UHGV virus genome: UHGV-0224297
Source of the DNA: a virus
DNA length: 15,109 nt
Direction: 5' to 3' (one strand)
Positions 14,326 through 15,109 of the stretch are shown here, piece after piece. Positions within the stretch are counted from its first letter, which is position 1. Each line of letters starts with the position of its first letter. The notes beneath the pieces were generated by a model, which saw only the letters and a program-made list of their open reading frames with translations, made no database searches and was not told the DNA's origin. Position numbers and translations under genes: made by a program.

Positions 14326-15109
14326 ATGAAAGCGTATCCTTACGATCCTCGGGGGACGAAAACCGAGAATCACTTCTTAGAGGAGCGTATCATCGGGTCA
14401 GAAAACAACAACGATCGGGTGGTGATTTTAGACCATCGCCCGTTCTTTGAAGATTTAGTCGTCAGACAACCAGGTTCAACCACCCCACTGAGTCGTGGGG
14501 TGGACTACGAACTGCAATATCAGCTGACGGAACTGGATGACTCGGTAGCAGCCAACGTGTATTGTGGGGTACACCTTATCAACCCTTCTATCAAAGGTAT
14601 CGTAACCTTTGAAGGACAAATGCTCGGCGGTACGTTCTACGACCCGTTTGTTGATATTCTCGATGAACTGGTGAAATATTTGAATAACCCAGTCAGCGCT
14701 GACTGGTTGTTATTAGAAGGCAGACCGTCGTTATACCCGGCTACGCCTGCGGCAACGTCTTGGGCGGATTTGCTAAACAAAAAATATTTAGCGTCGGCAG
14801 TCCACGATGTTGAATTGAAAACCGATGACGCTAACCAGTTAATTAAAGATAAATTAGCCGAAGTTAAAGCGTTAGTCGCCGCGCTGGGTAAAGAAATCGA
14901 GGCATTTAACTACCCGGCACACATCGCGGAAACCAACCCGCACCAAACTACTTCTGCACAGATTAGCGCACATCCTGTTAACTTGAAAACACCCGACACC
15001 TTTATGGCGTACGGGTTAAAGTTGAAAGCACTGACGGATGAGCTGAAAGCGTTTCGTTTACCCCAGTCAGTTATTGACACGTATATCTCCCACTGGATTT
15101 CTTCAGAAG
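14326..15109 (+). CDS. hypothetical protein, 5' part only (runs off the window)
   Basis: ATG at 14326 with AAGGAG RBS at 14311-14316, directly after the giant ORF stop (14310-14312). Open to the window end. Likely co-transcribed with the giant gene. Confidence 0.75.
   Translation, partial: MKAYPYDPRGTKTENHFLEERIIGSENNNDRVVILDHRPFFEDLVVRQPGSTTPLSRGVDYELQYQLTELDDSVAANVYCGVHLINPSIKGIVTFEGQMLGGTFYDPFVDILDELVKYLNNPVSADWLLLEGRPSLYPATPAATSWADLLNKKYLASAVHDVELKTDDANQLIKDKLAEVKALVAALGKEIEAFNYPAHIAETNPHQTTSAQISAHPVNLKTPDTFMAYGLKLKALTDELKAFRLPQSVIDTYISHWISSE

Noticed and set aside
1-15109. CRISPR arrays, rRNA, integrase, transposase or insertion-sequence ends
   Set aside because: No spaced direct repeats, no rRNA-like stretches and no recombinase-like ORFs. 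The only repeated elements are the 19-bp motif and short palindromes.

Overview
Gene-dense window of roughly mid-40s % GC (estimated by eye) that reads like part of a large virulent contractile-tailed phage, or a prophage, of an enterobacterial host. I cannot assign it to a named phage, and every functional call below comes from reading motifs, with no database search run. Left 6.8 kb: eleven minus-strand genes in two cassettes, separated by an intrinsic terminator and a conserved 19-bp element. The upstream cassette (6806 to 2891) holds four tandem paralogues that share a C-terminal GW-x6-G-x-QLLF-[ILV]-A motif, plus one unrelated ORF. The downstream cassette (2760 to 558) holds five small proteins with N-terminal signal-peptide-like segments, two of them 4-Cys paralogues. 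Centre (6807-7224): a divergent control region with a 7-3-7 inverted repeat, an extended -10 box, a strong hairpin and the second copy of the 19-bp element. Right: a 321-aa ORF resembling a baseplate central spike, a 69-aa DUF1471-like ORF with no signal peptide, a 420-aa minus-strand gene, a 1440-aa giant ORF and the start of a further gene. No rRNA, tRNA, CRISPR array, integrase or transposase was seen. The most likely candidate for a new system is the pair of accessory cassettes, but their functions are unknown.
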